Virus record (IMG/VR): IMGVR_UViG_3300035208_001037
Coordinates: 1,232 to 65,231 of that record
Reading direction: 5' to 3' (one strand)
Length of the DNA: 64,000 nt
From: a virus
Lineage: Duplodnaviria > Caudoviricetes
Part shown: positions 60,268 through 64,000 of the stretch, in pieces
Layout: every line of letters begins with the position of its first letter
How positions within the stretch are numbered: position 1 is the first letter of the stretch
Position numbers and translations under genes: made by a program
The notes under the pieces: model-generated
The model's input: the letters and a program-made list of their open reading frames with translations, nothing else
Databases searched by the model: none
What the model was told of the DNA's origin: nothing

Positions 60268-62068
60268 TTTCATCAATTAATACTTTATCTTCACCAAGTA
60301 TTATATTAATAATTTCTTTCTTTTTCTTTAATACACCCCATATTCTTATTGAAATAGTATCTTCGAATAATTGATAATACACAGTTACATTATTTTTTTG
60401 ACCTATACGATAGGCTCTGTCTTCACATTGTTCGTTGTTACCAGTTACCCAATCATAGGAATTAAATATAACTATATTACCAGCAGTTAATGTGATACCA
60501 ACACCAGCAGATTTAATATTACCTATGAAAACCTTAATCTTATCATCATCTTGGAACCTATCAACCGACCTTTGTTTTTCAGTATTACTCATTAACCCAT
60601 TATGAATAACTGAAATTTTAGCAAAATGTTGATGTAATTCCATTAATTCATCAGTAAAATTAGTGAATATAATAACTTTTTGACCTTGTTCAATAGCAGA
60701 TTCAGCTAATTCAATAGTATCTTTAATTGCTTCCATTGCAATATGTTTACGTAAAAGAATTAATTCAACTAAATCACGTTGTAATTTACCGTGTTTACCT
60801 TCAGCTTTACGTTTAACTAAATAATCATCCCATAAGTTATTATATTCCCTTCTACCATAGTTTGATAATTCATGATATACCGGAATAATAGTTTTATCTG
60901 GCATATCTAAAACATCCTCTTTTTTTCTTCGAAGAATTATATTTTTTGTTTTACTAGCTAATTCATCTAAATTTGATGCACCATCAGTTATCCATATTTG
61001 CTTTTTAATACCACTTTTAAGCGTTTTAAAGAACTTTCTACCTTCACAGTAACGAATGGCAAAGTATTGCCAATTTTTTGCTATAGGTGACTTAATCATG
61101 TTTAATAAATTGAAATAATCCATAGGTCTATTTGCTACTGGTGTACCAGTCAATAACCAAACCTTTTCAACACCATGTTTAACACAAACTTCTGTCATGA
61201 TTTTTCCTCGTATACTATCATGATTTTTTAATAAGTGTGCTTCATCAATAATAGCTAAATCAAATTTAGTGTTAACTATTTGACGATTAAATTCAACAAC
61301 TAAATCTTCCGGGTCATTTTTTTTAGGAGTTTTTAATGTGTGAAAATTTTTAAGGATATCATAGTTAATTATAACAAACCTATCTTTAGACCATTTTCTA
61401 CCATTAACAATAACAGTATTTTTACAAAAAGTATTAATCTCCCGTTCCCAATTTATTTTAAGTGATGATGGGCAAACAATAAGTATTTTTTCTAATCCTG
61501 TTTCTAAAGCTGCGATAATACTCGACATAGTTTTACCTAAACCCATATCGTCAGCTAATATACAACCTTTTCTAGATAATAAAAATTTAATAGCTTCTTC
61601 CTGATGTTTATATAATTTTTTACCTGTTTTACCTAAAATTTTATTATATTTTTCGAAATCTACATCAACATCTATGTCTTCAAAATAAGGGTCATCTAAT
61701 ACTTGTGTTTTAGGTAACCAATATAATTTACCATTTTTTTGGTTTTGTTTAACTTTTCCATAAACGTGAAATGTTTTATCGTTATCAGCTAAAATATACT
61801 CTACTAACATTTTTTCCGGTGTAAATGATAATTCTTCACTTTTTTTAAGTTCTTCACCTAAATATGTTGAAATTCTAAGTACTCTATTTATTTTTATAGA
61901 GGTCTTATCATGGTTATCAACAATATATTTTGATTGGTTAGCTGTAAGGGTAATTTTACCATTTTTAATAAGTTCTTTTTGGAATCTTAAAATATATGGG
62001 TTTTTACCTTTATAACTTTCTAATAAGCTTAAAGCTGATATTTCTTTTAAATCTTCTAGTCTAATCAT
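60245..62068 (-). CDS. SNF2/SF2 helicase-like ATPase
   Basis: ILADDMGLGKT, IIDEAH, LLTGTP, GVGITLTAG, QCEDRAYRIGQ. Confidence 0.93.
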   Translation of the reverse strand: MIRLEDLKEISALSLLESYKGKNPYILRFQKELIKNGKITLTANQSKYIVDNHDKTSIKINRVLRISTYLGEELKKSEELSFTPEKMLVEYILADNDKTFHVYGKVKQNQKNGKLYWLPKTQVLDDPYFEDIDVDVDFEKYNKILGKTGKKLYKHQEEAIKFLLSRKGCILADDMGLGKTMSSIIAALETGLEKILIVCPSSLKINWEREINTFCKNTVIVNGRKWSKDRFVIINYDILKNFHTLKTPKKNDPEDLVVEFNRQIVNTKFDLAIIDEAHLLKNHDSIRGKIMTEVCVKHGVEKVWLLTGTPVANRPMDYFNLLNMIKSPIAKNWQYFAIRYCEGRKFFKTLKSGIKKQIWITDGASNLDELASKTKNIILRRKKEDVLDMPDKTIIPVYHELSNYGRREYNNLWDDYLVKRKAEGKHGKLQRDLVELILLRKHIAMEAIKDTIELAESAIEQGQKVIIFTNFTDELMELHQHFAKISVIHNGLMSNTEKQRSVDRFQDDDKIKVFIGNIKSAGVGITLTAGNIVIFNSYDWVTGNNEQCEDRAYRIGQKNNVTVYYQLFEDTISIRIWGVLKKKKEIINIILGEDKVLIDEIINSFDT

Positions 62069-62074
62069 ACATTA

Positions 62075-62102
62075 AATATAGTTATATTATAATAAAAATC
62101 AA
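62075..62102 (-). promoter_or_regulatory. Early-type promoter TTGATT-N16-TATATT for the helicase
   Basis: Plus-strand AATCAA 62097-62102 and AATATA 62075-62080. Confidence 0.5.
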
Positions 62103-62159
62103 TAGAATTACATATATTTAAATAAACCTAAATATTTATCTAAAAACAACTTTGAAAAC

Positions 62160-62681
62160 ATGACAAAAAAGATAATACCAATAAATAGAGTTAGCAAATT
62201 TTTCTCAGCAGAAGATTTTAATCTTGAAATAGAATTAGGTAGAGAATATATTGAAGGTGATATTAATATGAGAGTCATTATTTATCAAGTTGATAGAACA
62301 ACTAGTGTTACTGATGATTTATATGGTGAAGCTGGTAAAGACGAAATTAGATTTAAACTACCTATTGAAGTACCTGTTTTACCTCTATTAAATACACCGG
62401 AAAATAAAACATATAATGAAAACAGTGGTAGCTTAAGATATTTACAAGATGGTCAATTAAAATTTGGTATTTATGATTCACAATTATCTGAATTAGATGC
62501 TGATATTAGTTTTGGTGACTATATAGGTTATCCAGTTAGTGAAACTGAAATAAGATATTATACAGTTGTAAATGATGGTAAAAAAAATTATGATAATGCA
62601 CATACAATGGTTGGATTTAAAGGATTTTTTAGAACTGTGTTGTGTGCACCAGTTGATGAATCAGAATTCAGGGCTTTTTAA
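62160..62681 (+). CDS. Neck/head-closure protein (T4 gp14-like)
   Basis: DDLYGE; ISFGDYIGY...YYTV; position before the terminator-like gene. Confidence 0.7.
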   Translation: MTKKIIPINRVSKFFSAEDFNLEIELGREYIEGDINMRVIIYQVDRTTSVTDDLYGEAGKDEIRFKLPIEVPVLPLLNTPENKTYNENSGSLRYLQDGQLKFGIYDSQLSELDADISFGDYIGYPVSETEIRYYTVVNDGKKNYDNAHTMVGFKGFFRTVLCAPVDESEFRAF

Positions 62682-62692
62682 TAATAAAAGAT

Positions 62693-63727
62693 ATGGCATT
62701 ACCAAGTAATTACAAGAAAAATATTAGTATCCTACCAAAAAAATTTGGTCCGGAGCAAAGAGAAGAACTATTAAACCAAATTATGGATAATGGCACTTAT
62801 CTACCTAGAGGTGTCATGGCTGAAGATTTAGATTCATCATTTATTGAATTTATAAAAAAAGATTTAGAGATTATAATTGATGGTGAAAAAATACCAGTTA
62901 TATTTTTAACATTACAACGATGGATGGAATTTAGTCGAACTTGGGAATTTACTGATAAACATAAAGATATTAAAATACCTTTTATTACTATTGTTAGAAA
63001 ACCAGATATACAACCGGGTACAGACCAACAAGGTTTATGGAATACGGCTACTAGACTAACATATAATTATTTTCAAGTACCAACATTTGATGGTATAAGA
63101 AAAGGTGTTGATGTGTATAAAATACCTCAACCAACAGCAATTGATTTAAGTTATGAGGTTAGAATATTTTGTAATAAAATGAGAGATTTGAATAAAATGC
63201 AAGTAAAAGTTCATCAAGCATTTAGGTCTAGACAATTTTATATATCACCTAATGGACATCCAATGCCAATAGTTTTAGATAGTATTGGTGATGAAAGTCC
63301 TATAAGTGATTTCGAAAATAGAAGATTTTATGTACAATTGTTTGATATGAGATTACAAGGTTATATATTGGATTCTGATGAATTTCAAATTATACCAGCT
63401 AAGAATAGAAGTTTATTAACTTATGAAATTAATAATAAAATTAGTAAACCAATTATTAGAATTAAAGCTGAAAAAGATACTAGTTTAATAACATATAATT
63501 TAATATTTAAACCATTATCAGATACTGTATTTACAACAACAGCAACATTTGATATGAAGTTTACAACATTAGTTGGTTTAATTAATATAACATCATTAAT
63601 TATAACAGTTAATAATAATATTGTTACAACACCATTTATTGTTTCTATTGGTGATGAAATAACATTCACAATAACTAAACCGGGCCAATTAGAAGGAAGA
63701 TTTACATTAAACGGAAATTTATTATAA
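62693..63727 (+). CDS. Tail terminator/sheath-stabiliser protein (gp15-like)
   Basis: IPFITIVR, PQPTAIDLSYEVRIF...DLNKM, FDMRLQGYI. Confidence 0.65.
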   Translation: MALPSNYKKNISILPKKFGPEQREELLNQIMDNGTYLPRGVMAEDLDSSFIEFIKKDLEIIIDGEKIPVIFLTLQRWMEFSRTWEFTDKHKDIKIPFITIVRKPDIQPGTDQQGLWNTATRLTYNYFQVPTFDGIRKGVDVYKIPQPTAIDLSYEVRIFCNKMRDLNKMQVKVHQAFRSRQFYISPNGHPMPIVLDSIGDESPISDFENRRFYVQLFDMRLQGYILDSDEFQIIPAKNRSLLTYEINNKISKPIIRIKAEKDTSLITYNLIFKPLSDTVFTTTATFDMKFTTLVGLINITSLIITVNNNIVTTPFIVSIGDEITFTITKPGQLEGRFTLNGNLL

Positions 63728-63728
63728 A

Positions 63729-64000
63729 ATGACAATACAAAAAAATAGTTCAAATATAACACAAACATTTATTATTGGTGATAACGTAGCTAGTGATGAA
63801 TGTTCAAGTTATTACACAAATTTAATCGAACCTTGTACTGGTGATACGATTAATTTTAATAGTAATATATTAATATCTAATTCATTAAGTGCAACAACAT
63901 TTTATGGTGATGGTAGTAATTTAAGCGGTATTGAAACTGCTATTAACGGTAAATTTATACATGTGTCTGGTGACACAATGACTGGTAATTTAATTGTACC
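63729..64000 (+). CDS. Fibre-like structural protein, 3'-partial (not in ORF track)
   Basis: MTIQKNSSNITQ...SATTFYGDGSNLSGI...VSGDTMTGNL; shares the YGDGSNL motif with 50603. Confidence 0.75.
   Translation, partial: MTIQKNSSNITQTFIIGDNVASDECSSYYTNLIEPCTGDTINFNSNILISNSLSATTFYGDGSNLSGIETAINGKFIHVSGDTMTGNLIV

Noticed and set aside
53568-62068. Inteins or introns in PolB, helicase, TerL or capsid genes
   Set aside because: Catalytic motifs are contiguous; no C/S...HN splice junctions or embedded endonuclease domains seen.
1-64000. Stop-codon reassignment, as seen in some large AT-rich phages
   Set aside because: Core genes are full length in the standard code and end with ordinary stops. The single TGA in the GT gene is accompanied by a frame change, so read-through alone cannot repair it.
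1-64000. tRNA or rRNA genes
   Set aside because: No T-loop/cloverleaf or rRNA-like sequence recognised, and intergenic gaps are short and AT-rich; tRNAscan-SE would be the formal check.

Overview
The whole window is part of a strongly AT-rich jumbo phage with a T4-like core, read in the standard genetic code. Its TAnnTTTG-type promoter elements and lack of Shine-Dalgarno motifs suggest a Bacteroidota host (inference). It contains the head module (TerL, portal, prohead protease, scaffold, gp23-type major capsid protein), neck, terminator, baseplate and fibre genes, a gp55-like sigma factor, family-B DNA polymerase, an SNF2 helicase, PhoH, dUTPase and glutaredoxin. There are also five free-standing endonuclease genes and a large sugar-nucleotide/glycosyltransferase block (Gmd, short DegT-type aminotransferase, acetyltransferase, FkbM methyltransferase, WbuC cupin, eight GT genes). 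Three observations stand out. (1) The GT-B gene beside a NUMOD3 endonuclease has its N-terminus split by a 10-nt gap reading GGC-TGA-ATTA-GGT (take-off Gly, stop, matched landing Gly), resembling the T4 gene 60/mobA ribosomal-bypass cassette. (2) There are three truncated or catalytically degenerate paralogues of the phage's own head genes (TerL ATPase domain, capsid C-terminal fragment, RHH-fused prohead protease), each preceded by the same TTGAC(A/T)-N16-TATATT early-type promoter; these are candidate immune decoys or assembly modulators. (3) A likely -1 frameshift or slippage at an A10 run joins ORFs 1371 and 2039. No tRNA, rRNA, CRISPR array or intein was recognised. All family calls come from motif recognition by eye, not from database searches.
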